Assembly: GCA_963676615.1 (NCBI GenBank)
Contig: OY781092.1
Span: 640,001 to 704,000, forward strand
DNA length: 64,000 nt
Direction of reading: 5' to 3'
Origin: Candidatus Cloacimonadota bacterium
GTDB taxonomy: Bacteria > Cloacimonadota > Cloacimonadia > G963667145
The notes under the pieces were generated by a model, which did no database searches, was not told the DNA's origin, and saw nothing but the letters and a program-made list of their open reading frames with translations. The translations under genes were made by a program, and so were the position numbers. Below are positions 29,323 through 38,342 of the stretch, piece after piece (the stretch's first letter is position 1; every line of letters starts with the position of its first letter).

Positions 29323-30509
29323 GTCTACCGTTTTTCTTGGCATTGCGCTATCTAAAAGGACGCAACAAGTTTTTTTTTAACTTTTGGTCGGCTTTCAGCG
29401 TGCTGGGCATTTTTTTTGGCGTCTTCTCCATTTTGGTTGCTTCTTCTTTTATGGACGGACTAAAACAGGTGATGATGGACGAACTTTTGCAAAAAAGAGC
29501 CCACATTATTATCAAATCTAGTGACGGCAAATTTGGCGAAGATGCAATAAAAACGCTTGAAGAAACCAGCGAAATTGCCAGCTTTTCGCCTGTTATCTAC
29601 ACTCAGGGGCTACTAAAATTTGGGCAAAAATCGCAAGGCGTTTTGGTGTGCGGAATAGATTTGCAGCAGCAGAAAGAAATTTTGCCGTTCCTCAAAGGTG
29701 TCTCGGCTCGTGATTTGAGTGATCAACAGCTTGTTTTGAGCAAAACTTTAGCGCGAGATTTGGATGTTTTGGAGCAAGATTTGGTCAATCTGTATTCGAC
29801 TCAAAACACGCAAAAAACAGCTTTTGGGCGAGTGCCAGTTGCAGCAAGGCTTAAGGTCGCTTCTAGCTATCTTGCCGACGGTCAAATTTTAGCGGACAAT
29901 CTGGTTTATGTAAGTTTGGCGTCGGCAAAAAAAATCGCAGGGCAAACAGCTAATTCACAGCTGGAATTGCATTTACAAAACGCTTACGATGTTAAAAAAG
30001 TGGTGAAAACTTTGCGTCAAAATTTGGGAGAAAAATACAAAATAACGGGCTGGAACGAAGAAGATAAGGCGATTTACGACTCACTAAAAATCGAGGCAAT
30101 AGCGCTTAACTTCGTTCTTTTTTTGATTATTATTTTGGCAATTTTTAATATGAGCGGCAACTTTTTGCGCCTTGCAAACGAAAAAAGCGGCGAAATTGGC
30201 GTGTTAAAATCTATGGGGATCAGGCAAAATCAGATTATGAAAATCTTCATCTATTGTGGACTGTGCATCGCTGGTTTGGGCGCTGGCTCTGGAGTCGTTA
30301 TTGCTTATGCGTTTGTGTTTTTTCAAGCCAAATATCGGTGGCTGACTGTTCCTGTGCAAGGTCTTGGTTTCGATTATCTGCCTGTGAAAATATTTTATTC
30401 TAGCGGTTTTTACATTTTCGCTTTGGTCTTGCTCGTCAGTTTGATTTTTAGCTATTATCCTTGTCGGCGATTGCAAAGCATCGACCCAATCAAGGTGATT
30501 AAGGAGTAA
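29319..30509 (+). CDS. lolC: Lipoprotein-releasing ABC transporter permease (LolC/LolE family)
   Basis: FLALRYL N-terminus, SFMDG, periplasmic domain, EIGVLKSMG and C-terminal TMs ending YPC...IDP. ATG at 29319 overlaps the upstream stop. Confidence 0.85.
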   Translation: MSLPFFLALRYLKGRNKFFFNFWSAFSVLGIFFGVFSILVASSFMDGLKQVMMDELLQKRAHIIIKSSDGKFGEDAIKTLEETSEIASFSPVIYTQGLLKFGQKSQGVLVCGIDLQQQKEILPFLKGVSARDLSDQQLVLSKTLARDLDVLEQDLVNLYSTQNTQKTAFGRVPVAARLKVASSYLADGQILADNLVYVSLASAKKIAGQTANSQLELHLQNAYDVKKVVKTLRQNLGEKYKITGWNEEDKAIYDSLKIEAIALNFVLFLIIILAIFNMSGNFLRLANEKSGEIGVLKSMGIRQNQIMKIFIYCGLCIAGLGAGSGVVIAYAFVFFQAKYRWLTVPVQGLGFDYLPVKIFYSSGFYIFALVLLVSLIFSYYPCRRLQSIDPIKVIKE

Positions 30510-30514
30510 TAAAA

Positions 30515-31477
30515 ATGAAATTTTTGAAAACGAAGCTGCTTTTGGCTCTTTTGACCATTTTGGTGATAGCCTCGCTGTGGGTGCCAGATTTGCAAAAGCA
30601 CCGCATAAAGTATGTGCAAAGGGATTCTGGCGAGATGAAGACGGAAAAAGTGGTTGGTGAAAAATGGCTGGTTTGGCTCTATAACAACCCTTTGGGCAGG
30701 CTCAGCACTTGGGCGCTGGTTAAGCGAAAATTTGTTTCCAGCTGGTATGGCAAGATGATGGACAACCCGAAATCGAAAGAGAAAATCGCGCCTTTTATCA
30801 GCGACTACAATATCGATATGACTCTTTTTAAGGAAGAAGATTTTGCCAATTTTAACGAATTTTTTGTTCGTAAAATCAAGCCAGCGGCAAGGCCGATTGC
30901 AAAAGGCTCTGAAGTGGTTATCTCTCCGGCAGACGGCAAAGTTTTGGCTTGGCAAAATTTGAGCGAGCAAAATTTTTTGGTGAAAGGCTACAGCTTTAGT
31001 TTGGCGAGTTATTTGCAGGATAAGCAGTTGGCTGAGAAATTTGCTGGCGGCTCGCTGCTGATTTTTCGGCTCTGCCCTACCGATTATCACCGCTATCACT
31101 TTCCTGTGTCGGGCGTTATCAAAAAATCGAAAAAAATTGACGGCGATTACTACTCGGTTTCGCCTATCGCAATCAAAAAAATCGTTGAACTTTTTTGCCT
31201 GAATAAAAGGGAATATACGCTCATAAAAACGCAAGATTTTGGCGAAGTTTTGATGAGCGAGATAGGCGCGACGATGGTTGGAAGCATGGTGTCCACCTAT
31301 CCTGATGCGAGCGTTGACAAGGGCGAAGAGAAAGGTTATTTTAAATTCGGCGGTTCGTCCGTCCTGCTTTTGTTCGAAAAAGATGAAATTATGATTGACA
31401 AAGATTTGGTCGAAAACACAAAAAAAGGACTGGAAACGGAAGTAAAAATGGGCGAAAAAATTGCGATTTCGAAATAG
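30515..31477 (+). CDS. psd: Phosphatidylserine decarboxylase proenzyme
   Basis: FNEFFVRKIK, SPADG, RLCPTDYHRYHFP, SVSP, IGATMVGS, GYFKFGGSS self-cleavage motif. Confidence 0.93.
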   Translation: MKFLKTKLLLALLTILVIASLWVPDLQKHRIKYVQRDSGEMKTEKVVGEKWLVWLYNNPLGRLSTWALVKRKFVSSWYGKMMDNPKSKEKIAPFISDYNIDMTLFKEEDFANFNEFFVRKIKPAARPIAKGSEVVISPADGKVLAWQNLSEQNFLVKGYSFSLASYLQDKQLAEKFAGGSLLIFRLCPTDYHRYHFPVSGVIKKSKKIDGDYYSVSPIAIKKIVELFCLNKREYTLIKTQDFGEVLMSEIGATMVGSMVSTYPDASVDKGEEKGYFKFGGSSVLLLFEKDEIMIDKDLVENTKKGLETEVKMGEKIAISK

Positions 31478-31485
31478 GAGAAAAA

Positions 31486-32736
31486 ATGAATTTTGATCAA
31501 TATACACAACAAAATAAATTTTACGGAAAAAGTTCTGCCGTGGAACTGGTGGAAAAATATGGCTCGCCGCTGTATGTTTACAACGAAAATATCTTGCAAC
31601 AGCGTTGTCGAGAGATGCTCAATCTCATCAGGTATCCGAAATTTAAGGTGCATTATTCTGTTAAAGCGAACTCAAATTTGGAGCTTTTGAAAATCGTTCG
31701 ACAAGAGGGGCTTTTTGTGGATGCGATGTCCCCTGGCGAGATGTTTGTGGAGCTGAAAGCTGGCTTTAGCCCAGAGCAAATTTTGTTTATTTGCAACAAT
31801 GTTTCTGCACAGGAGATGAAATATGCGATTGACAAAAAAATCAATGTTAGCGTGGATTCTCTCTCGCAATTGGATCTTTACGGCTCGCTAAATCCAGGCG
31901 GCGATGTTTTTGTGCGGATAAATCCAGGCATTGGTGTCGGTCACAGCGAAAATGTTATCACAGGCGGCAAAAAGACGAAATTTGGCATCGAGATGAAATC
32001 AATTCCTCAGCTGAAAAAGATTTTGAGCAAGCACAATCTAAAACTTGTTGGCATAAATCAGCATTTGGGCAGCCATTTTATGAGCTGGTTTGAGTATATC
32101 AACTCGGTGAATGTTGTCCTGAATATCGCCAAGGAGTTTGAAAATTTGCAGATAATTGACCTCGGTGGAGGCTTTGGCATCCCTTATCACAAGCAGGATG
32201 GAGAGCAGCGCCTAAATCTTTCTGAACTGGGCAGCGAGCTTAACGCACGACTTGTGAGTTGGTCGAAAAAATATAACCGTGAGATTGAGTTTCGGGTTGA
32301 ACCTGGGCGCTATATCGTGGCAGAATGCGGCGTGCTCTTGGGGACTGTTTTCACCAAAAAAGAGAACGATTATCGCAAATATGTGGGGACAAATCTTGGC
32401 TTTAGCGTATTCAAACGAAAAGTGATGTATGATTCGTATCACGATGTGGAACTTTATCGCAAAGGCGAAGATATCGATTTGAAAGAGAAAGAAAAAGTTA
32501 TTATCGTCGGAGACATTTGCGAGTCTGGCGATATCATCGCCTCAGACCGCTATCTGCCAAAAATCAAAGAGGGCGACATCATCGGCGTGATGGACGCAGG
32601 CGCTTATGGCTACTGTATGGCGTGCAACTACAACAATCGCGTTCGCCCTGCCGAGGTGCTTATCGACTCCGACGGAAACGACCGCCTAATTCGCAAAAGG
32701 GAAACATTTGAGGACTTGCTAAACTGTTTTGTGTAG
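31486..32736 (+). CDS. lysA: Diaminopimelate decarboxylase
   Basis: GSPLYVY, YSVKANSN, RINP, TKFG, HLGS, DLGGGFG, EPGRY, ICESGD, AGAYG, YNNR. Confidence 0.94.
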   Translation: MNFDQYTQQNKFYGKSSAVELVEKYGSPLYVYNENILQQRCREMLNLIRYPKFKVHYSVKANSNLELLKIVRQEGLFVDAMSPGEMFVELKAGFSPEQILFICNNVSAQEMKYAIDKKINVSVDSLSQLDLYGSLNPGGDVFVRINPGIGVGHSENVITGGKKTKFGIEMKSIPQLKKILSKHNLKLVGINQHLGSHFMSWFEYINSVNVVLNIAKEFENLQIIDLGGGFGIPYHKQDGEQRLNLSELGSELNARLVSWSKKYNREIEFRVEPGRYIVAECGVLLGTVFTKKENDYRKYVGTNLGFSVFKRKVMYDSYHDVELYRKGEDIDLKEKEKVIIVGDICESGDIIASDRYLPKIKEGDIIGVMDAGAYGYCMACNYNNRVRPAEVLIDSDGNDRLIRKRETFEDLLNCFV

Positions 32737-32754
32737 AAAAATAATTAGATTTGC

Positions 32755-32782
32755 TTGACAAGTAGTTTTTTTGGGATGAGAT
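32755..32782 (+). promoter_or_regulatory. Putative promoter of the barrel-chitinase-CBM locus
   Basis: TTGACA at 32755-32760 with a weak -10 (TGAGAT at 32777-32782) in the 79-bp gap after lysA; AGAGG RBS before ATG. Confidence 0.4.
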
Positions 32783-32815
32783 AGTTGAAAAAGTTATTGA
32801 AAATTAGAGGATTTT

Positions 32816-34150
32816 ATGAAAAAAGTATTTCTAATCTTGGTGTTTTTACCTATTTTTGGTGCTGGATTTGCGCAGTGGGAATTTAGCGGAAAAGCTTCTA
32901 TAGAGGCAACTCTTTTTGATACTCAAAACGGTTCTACAAGTGAAAATAGTTACTTCTCGGCTGATAAAAATAATACTTGGTTCGTGTTGGGAGCCTCTAG
33001 AAAATTTTTGGATTTTAATGTTTTTAATTTCACAATAAATACAGACGATGAAGACGATCAGAACGGAAATGGCAAAGATTCAGAGTTTGAAATAAGCGTG
33101 GTTAGCAAGCCAAACAAAATCGTTGAAGTTGGTGTTGGCGGTTATTTGTCTAGCAAAAGCGACGACGATTTAAAGGTTGAAAATTCCAACAACGATTTGG
33201 TTTATGTGCGCTTCAACAAGTTGTTTAACGAAACATTTTCGATAGGATTTTACCCATTTGAAGTTTGCACTGGAATTGGTAACGAGTTTCAATCTACAGG
33301 AACTTTGGAGAATCCAGGATTAAATATTGAATACATTCCCATTGATGAAATCAGGTTTGCGCTGACTTTGAACTCCAAAAATTATGTAAGCGACAAAAGT
33401 GTGGAGTTGGACGGAGAGTACCAAAGAAAGGCTATTTTCGGGATGATGAGCGAACTGTCATATAAGGACGAATTTTTCTTTTTTTTAACCCAATACTATA
33501 TGGACACTCAAGGAGACCAGTCTGATAAAGTTTTCACAAATCCAGATAATGCAGATGCGATAAACCCGCTAAAGGCTGCTTTAAGTGTGCAATCTGCTTT
33601 GACTTATGGTCGTTTCACTTTTTCGTCTGAGCTTTATTTGTCGAAGCTAAACAAAGCTTTTTTGTGGAACAATTCCGAAGACGAGGTCAGAAGTTACACA
33701 ATTGAGGAGCGAGATATTTCGGAAAAAGAGTTAACAAAAACTTCTGGAATGGCAGTTTATGCAAAGATTGAAGCCGATTTGGGAGAACTAGGAGTGTTCG
33801 AAAAATCTTCGGTTTACACATCTGGGAAAATGTTTGGCGAGTATTTATACGACGACGGAGACGGAGTTCAATTTAGCGAAAAGACGACACAAGATTTAGA
33901 GGCTATGGGAGTGAACGAAACCCTTTTGACTGGCAACTATATTCCCGGTGGTCACGCTTATAATCAATATAGCGTAGGGTTAAATTTGGGCATTAAAGGC
34001 GTCTTGATAAATCCAGAACTATCTTTTTTAATGGCAGAGAACAAAATTTTTGAAGATGGAGACAAAACAACTTTGGTGGACGAGGTTACCAAACAAGCAT
34101 ATACAAACACTGCAATCGAAGCCAAAACAACCGTTTCGTATCAGTTTTAG
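32816..34150 (+). CDS. Probable outer-membrane beta-barrel (porin-like) protein
   Basis: Sec signal peptide (GFA|QWEF), alternating amphipathic strands, acidic loops, C-terminal BAM-type strand TTVSYQF ending in Phe. Confidence 0.65.
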   Translation: MKKVFLILVFLPIFGAGFAQWEFSGKASIEATLFDTQNGSTSENSYFSADKNNTWFVLGASRKFLDFNVFNFTINTDDEDDQNGNGKDSEFEISVVSKPNKIVEVGVGGYLSSKSDDDLKVENSNNDLVYVRFNKLFNETFSIGFYPFEVCTGIGNEFQSTGTLENPGLNIEYIPIDEIRFALTLNSKNYVSDKSVELDGEYQRKAIFGMMSELSYKDEFFFFLTQYYMDTQGDQSDKVFTNPDNADAINPLKAALSVQSALTYGRFTFSSELYLSKLNKAFLWNNSEDEVRSYTIEERDISEKELTKTSGMAVYAKIEADLGELGVFEKSSVYTSGKMFGEYLYDDGDGVQFSEKTTQDLEAMGVNETLLTGNYIPGGHAYNQYSVGLNLGIKGVLINPELSFLMAENKIFEDGDKTTLVDEVTKQAYTNTAIEAKTTVSYQF

Positions 34151-34167
34151 TAAACCAAGGGTATTGG

Positions 34168-35676
34168 ATGAAAAAAGCGTTTTTTTTATTGTATATTTTT
34201 GTGATAGCTGGCTGCATTTTTGATGCTGATGAAGCAAGCGAAAGCTCTACATCGTCGGGCAGCCAAAATCCCAAGCTGGTTATGGCATACTACGAGAATT
34301 GGCGCCAATACAGGGAGTCTGTTTCTGGCGAGAAAAGACCGTCTATGGGCTATTACACTCCTTCTGATATCCCTTGGTCGAAGCTCGACTATGTTTTCTA
34401 CGCTTTTGGAGATATAAGAGCTTACACCGATTCTTCGTATTCAAACAAAGCTTCTGGAGAGCTAATTCGGATTTTAGACAAATATCAGGGAAGTCGCTAC
34501 AAATCTATCGAAAAAGTTGTCTGGGAAAATCAATCTTATTTTAGCACAGAGACAAACAGAAAAGTGCTAGACGCTGTCAAAGGATTTGCACTTATGCCTG
34601 GAGTGGACGGAGAAAGCAGTCCTGAGGAAGATTATGGAACGAAAGACATATACGATTTTCTCGAAAACGCAGAAACTAACGGGGTTAAGCCGATTATTTC
34701 GGTGGGTGGATGGAATTTTAATGATGTAAATGTAAACTCCAATGGGAATCATTGGCCGACAAACGAGGATCTCACAAAACTGTCTGGCTCTTATGGACAC
34801 CACACGGCTTGGATATTTACAACTATGTGTTCCAAGTCTAAATTTCGCAAATCTTTTGTCGAGTCGGTTGTTCACTTTTTGGACACCGTTAAAACCAGCA
34901 GTGGTTATGGTTTTTGTGGGATAGATTTTGACTGGGAATATCCAGGTTTACCAGCGTTTAACAAAAACTACGATGGCTCAAATTCGTATTATGACGACTT
35001 GAATAACTTTGCAAAACTTATCACGGAACTGCGATCTGCTCTGCCAGAAGATATAATCATCACTGCTTCTGTGCCGTCAGACGCTTATAACAAAGCCGTT
35101 GGTTACTACTGGCCGACGATGGTTAAAAACTTGGATTGGATTAACTTGATGTGCTACGACTATTATGGCTTTGCAAACGAAAAAGTTTTGCTGCCGAACG
35201 CTCCTCTTTTTGTCAGCGACCCAACAAAATTGTCGGTAAACAAAACCGTTAAACAGTATGAAGATTTAGGTGTCCCCTTGTCAAAAATGATGCTCGGCTT
35301 AGCTACTTATGGCAGAGGCTGGAAAAACATTAAAGGAGATTACGAAATTGGCTATGAAATTTCTCCATCTCCCTTGGTTTGTAACGCAGGACCTATTGGG
35401 CAAGAATCTGGATTTTTAGCCTACCAAACCATTTATAATAGAATTGCAAGCGGAGCCTATACTGAGTATTGGGATAGTGCCACTCGCACCAACTACGCTC
35501 GCGGAGGACAAGACAACGACTTTATAGTTTACGACTCCCCCAGAGCGCTTTTGGAGAAAATAAACTATGTAAAGAGCTTAAATATGAAAGGCGGAATTAT
35601 CTGGTCTTTGAACGACGACGCCTATCAGAACGGCTCTCCGCTCACAAAATTTATTTCAGACGAATTGAGAAAATGA
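34168..35676 (+). CDS. GH18 chitinase, lipoprotein
   Basis: Lipobox VIAG|C16 with Ser-rich linker; YYENWRQYR, YAF, ISVGGW, GIDFDWEYP (DxDxE), MCYDY, LGLATYGR, IVYD, GGIIWSL. Confidence 0.92.
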   Translation: MKKAFFLLYIFVIAGCIFDADEASESSTSSGSQNPKLVMAYYENWRQYRESVSGEKRPSMGYYTPSDIPWSKLDYVFYAFGDIRAYTDSSYSNKASGELIRILDKYQGSRYKSIEKVVWENQSYFSTETNRKVLDAVKGFALMPGVDGESSPEEDYGTKDIYDFLENAETNGVKPIISVGGWNFNDVNVNSNGNHWPTNEDLTKLSGSYGHHTAWIFTTMCSKSKFRKSFVESVVHFLDTVKTSSGYGFCGIDFDWEYPGLPAFNKNYDGSNSYYDDLNNFAKLITELRSALPEDIIITASVPSDAYNKAVGYYWPTMVKNLDWINLMCYDYYGFANEKVLLPNAPLFVSDPTKLSVNKTVKQYEDLGVPLSKMMLGLATYGRGWKNIKGDYEIGYEISPSPLVCNAGPIGQESGFLAYQTIYNRIASGAYTEYWDSATRTNYARGGQDNDFIVYDSPRALLEKINYVKSLNMKGGIIWSLNDDAYQNGSPLTKFISDELRK

Positions 35677-37739
35677 GAAGATATAAAAAGATTGTTTTTC
35701 TTTTTTCTTTTTTTCTGCTATCGTGCCTCCCTAGCGTTTCAGACAATTCTGTCAGTGACTCTGACAACTCTAACTCTTCGAACTTAGCTTTTTCGTTCTC
35801 GAATATCAAAACTAAATTCACTGTAAAGAATGGTGATACCTTAAACTATCAATTTGAAACAAATCGACCCTATGCGACTTTTAGGATTGCCAGTGGAGAC
35901 TTACCCCCAGGAATAACATTGGATATTTATGGGCTTCTTTCGGGAGTCGCTCAGACAGATATGGGCTGCAAATTTGAAATAGAAGCGGTGTATGAAGACG
36001 AAAAAATCTTATCAGGAGCGCTTCAGATTAACAATTTGTGTTTTTACTTTAGAAATAACACGACCAGTTTGTTTAACTACCATTTTGGTGGAGCTTCAAA
36101 TAAAATAAGCTTAGAAAGTGGAGAGTTGCCACAAGGGATTGTCTTAAAAGATAACGGCGATTTCAGCGGGGTTTTTAGCGTTGATGAGGTCTCTCCCGGT
36201 TATAAGTCTTTCCCAATCTCTTTAGTTTCTAGCGGGTCTGGAGCCGCTAGCAAAGAAACCATAATTTTGTATGTAGTTTGCGAATATTCTGCGTCTTATC
36301 CGTGGCCAGCGCCACCCGTGTCTTTGTGTAGCGATAATTACAAAATTTGGATAGCCAAAGACACTGTGTGGAGTTTTGCGGCTGTTAACAAGCCAGGTCG
36401 ATCATCTTCTTGGGAGTTTTTTACTGAACCAGAACCGACTACAACTCCCCCGTTCAAAAATCTGTCTGACACTATTTTTTTTACTTCGGGAACATTAAGC
36501 GAATTTACTTTTGTCCCAACAATAACAGGCAGCCAAATCTCTTTGGAAAGTGGAGCTTTGCCAGAGGGTCTTTGGTTGGAGACCAGTGGGGAAATTAAAG
36601 GGAAAATAGAAAATGAGATAACAACCTCGACAGCTTTGAGAGCAGATTTTTTCACTGCAGAGGTGCAAGCGACGAATATTTTTGAGCAAACTAGCCAGAC
36701 AATCACAGTTGCTGTTTTGGAAGAGTACGCCGCCGATTTTCCTTGGCCAATGCCCCAAAACGGGCTTTGCTCATATAACGACAAAGTTTATAAAGCCAAA
36801 GAGAGTGTTGCCGAGCACAGTTCAACCAGAACACCAGATGTTGACACAGATAATTGGGTTTTCGTCGCAAATATCGCCACTTCCAAAAAACTAGCTTTTG
36901 CGAATGTTGTTTACAATCTCTATTTTAAAAACAATTCTGAGAGTAATTTTAAATTTATAAGCAATTTACCAGAAAGTCAAATTCAAGTGATTGCGGGCAG
37001 TCTTCTTGACGGAACTTCGATAAGTAACGACTCTTTAGTAGGCAATATCGATTACGCTGAGCTAAACAATGGCTTTGCGTCTGAAAAAGCGACGCTGCAA
37101 GTAGCGGCAGGAAACGAAAAAATTAGCCAGGAAGTCACTTTTTTTGCGCTAGCCGATTTTGAGCAAAACTACAATTTTCCCGCTTCTGTAGGAGCATATT
37201 GTTATTATGGAGAAAAAGCTTACAAAGCCATCGCTGCAGTTTCTTCCAGCAGTCAAAAACCAGGAGTAGATCCAGCGTGGCAAGAGATGGGAGATCTGGC
37301 GGATTGTAAAATCAACGCTTTTGGTAGTCTTCCCAATCAGCTGTTTTTTTTAAGTGAAACACCAATTACCTATAAATTTAATCCGACAACTAAGGGTAGC
37401 GAAGTCACTTTAAAAGCTGGAGCTATCCCCAACGGAGTGACTTTGGACGAACTAGGAAATTTAACAGGAGCTTTTACTGTTTCCCAAAATTGGAACGAAA
37501 ATTTCCCAATTGAAATCGAAGCGGTAAAAAATAGCGTAGTTCGCGGCTCTGGAACAACTTCTTTGATTTTTGTAAAGACTTTCGTTGTCAGCTCAGGCGT
37601 TAGTTTTGCCATAAACAATTATTGTTATTATGAAGATAAAGTCTGGAGAGCTTTAGCTCCTGGCAACACAAATATCCCAATTCATGAACCTGGAAAAGAC
37701 GATAAGATTTGGGAAGCAGTAGGAGTTATTTCCAACTAA
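35673..37739 (+). CDS. Lipoprotein with five putative Ig-like and four CBM5/12-like chitin-binding repeats
   Basis: Lipobox LLS|C18; GxLPxGxxL...GxxxG Ig-like motif five times; (L/Y)CxYxxKx(W/Y)xA...PG...W motif four times; no catalytic motif seen; start overlaps the chitinase stop. Confidence 0.75.
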   Translation: MRRYKKIVFLFSFFLLSCLPSVSDNSVSDSDNSNSSNLAFSFSNIKTKFTVKNGDTLNYQFETNRPYATFRIASGDLPPGITLDIYGLLSGVAQTDMGCKFEIEAVYEDEKILSGALQINNLCFYFRNNTTSLFNYHFGGASNKISLESGELPQGIVLKDNGDFSGVFSVDEVSPGYKSFPISLVSSGSGAASKETIILYVVCEYSASYPWPAPPVSLCSDNYKIWIAKDTVWSFAAVNKPGRSSSWEFFTEPEPTTTPPFKNLSDTIFFTSGTLSEFTFVPTITGSQISLESGALPEGLWLETSGEIKGKIENEITTSTALRADFFTAEVQATNIFEQTSQTITVAVLEEYAADFPWPMPQNGLCSYNDKVYKAKESVAEHSSTRTPDVDTDNWVFVANIATSKKLAFANVVYNLYFKNNSESNFKFISNLPESQIQVIAGSLLDGTSISNDSLVGNIDYAELNNGFASEKATLQVAAGNEKISQEVTFFALADFEQNYNFPASVGAYCYYGEKAYKAIAAVSSSSQKPGVDPAWQEMGDLADCKINAFGSLPNQLFFLSETPITYKFNPTTKGSEVTLKAGAIPNGVTLDELGNLTGAFTVSQNWNENFPIEIEAVKNSVVRGSGTTSLIFVKTFVVSSGVSFAINNYCYYEDKVWRALAPGNTNIPIHEPGKDDKIWEAVGVISN

Positions 37740-38273
37740 ATGAATCCCATAAAAATCGCTCTCACCCATATCCCCCAAAATTTATGGCAAATATTTTTTG
37801 TCCATTCGGTTTTGGTTACCCAATTTTCTTTGCAAATTGCAGATAAAATGGGCTTGGACGAGCAGACGAAAAAGTTCATCGAAGAAGCGGCGATGCTGCA
37901 CGATATCGGTATCGGTGAAGTTAGTATGAACAAAGAAAATCCACAAAACAAACCGCCCTATATTCAGCACGGACTTTTTGGACAAAAAATTTTGGAAGAG
38001 CTTGGCTATCCAGCTCACGCTGCCGTTTGCCGCAACCATATAGGCGTTGGACTTAGCAAAGAGATTATCTTGCGAAATAAGCTACCTTTGCCGTGCGAGG
38101 ATATGATGCCTTGCACTTTGCCAGAGGAGATAATCACCTATGCCGACCTCTTTTTTAGCAAAAGCGATATTTACTACAAACGAACTTTTGCCGAAGTCGA
38201 AGCGAAAATCGGAACTTACGGAGGAGATCAGCTAGAAAAACTGCGAGAATTGCACAAAAAATTTGGCGAATAA
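37740..38273 (+). CDS. HD-domain phosphohydrolase (HDIG type)
   Basis: HSVLV, LHDIG, HGLFG, HIGVG, YADLFFSK. Confidence 0.88.
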   Translation: MNPIKIALTHIPQNLWQIFFVHSVLVTQFSLQIADKMGLDEQTKKFIEEAAMLHDIGIGEVSMNKENPQNKPPYIQHGLFGQKILEELGYPAHAAVCRNHIGVGLSKEIILRNKLPLPCEDMMPCTLPEEIITYADLFFSKSDIYYKRTFAEVEAKIGTYGGDQLEKLRELHKKFGE

Positions 38274-38284
38274 ATTTTTCTCCC

Positions 38285-38332
38285 AATAAAAAATCCCCTA
38301 CTTTTTTTTAAAGCAAGGGATTTCTTTTTATT
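38285..38332. terminator. Putative bidirectional intrinsic terminator between convergent genes
   Basis: Imperfect inverted repeat AATAAAAAATCCC...GGGATTTCTTTTTATT with A/T tracts on both sides. Confidence 0.5.
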
Positions 38333-38342
38333 AACAAATCTG

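Noticed and set aside
30455..31507. 350-aa - strand ORF
   Set aside because: Antisense shadow of psd with no motifs
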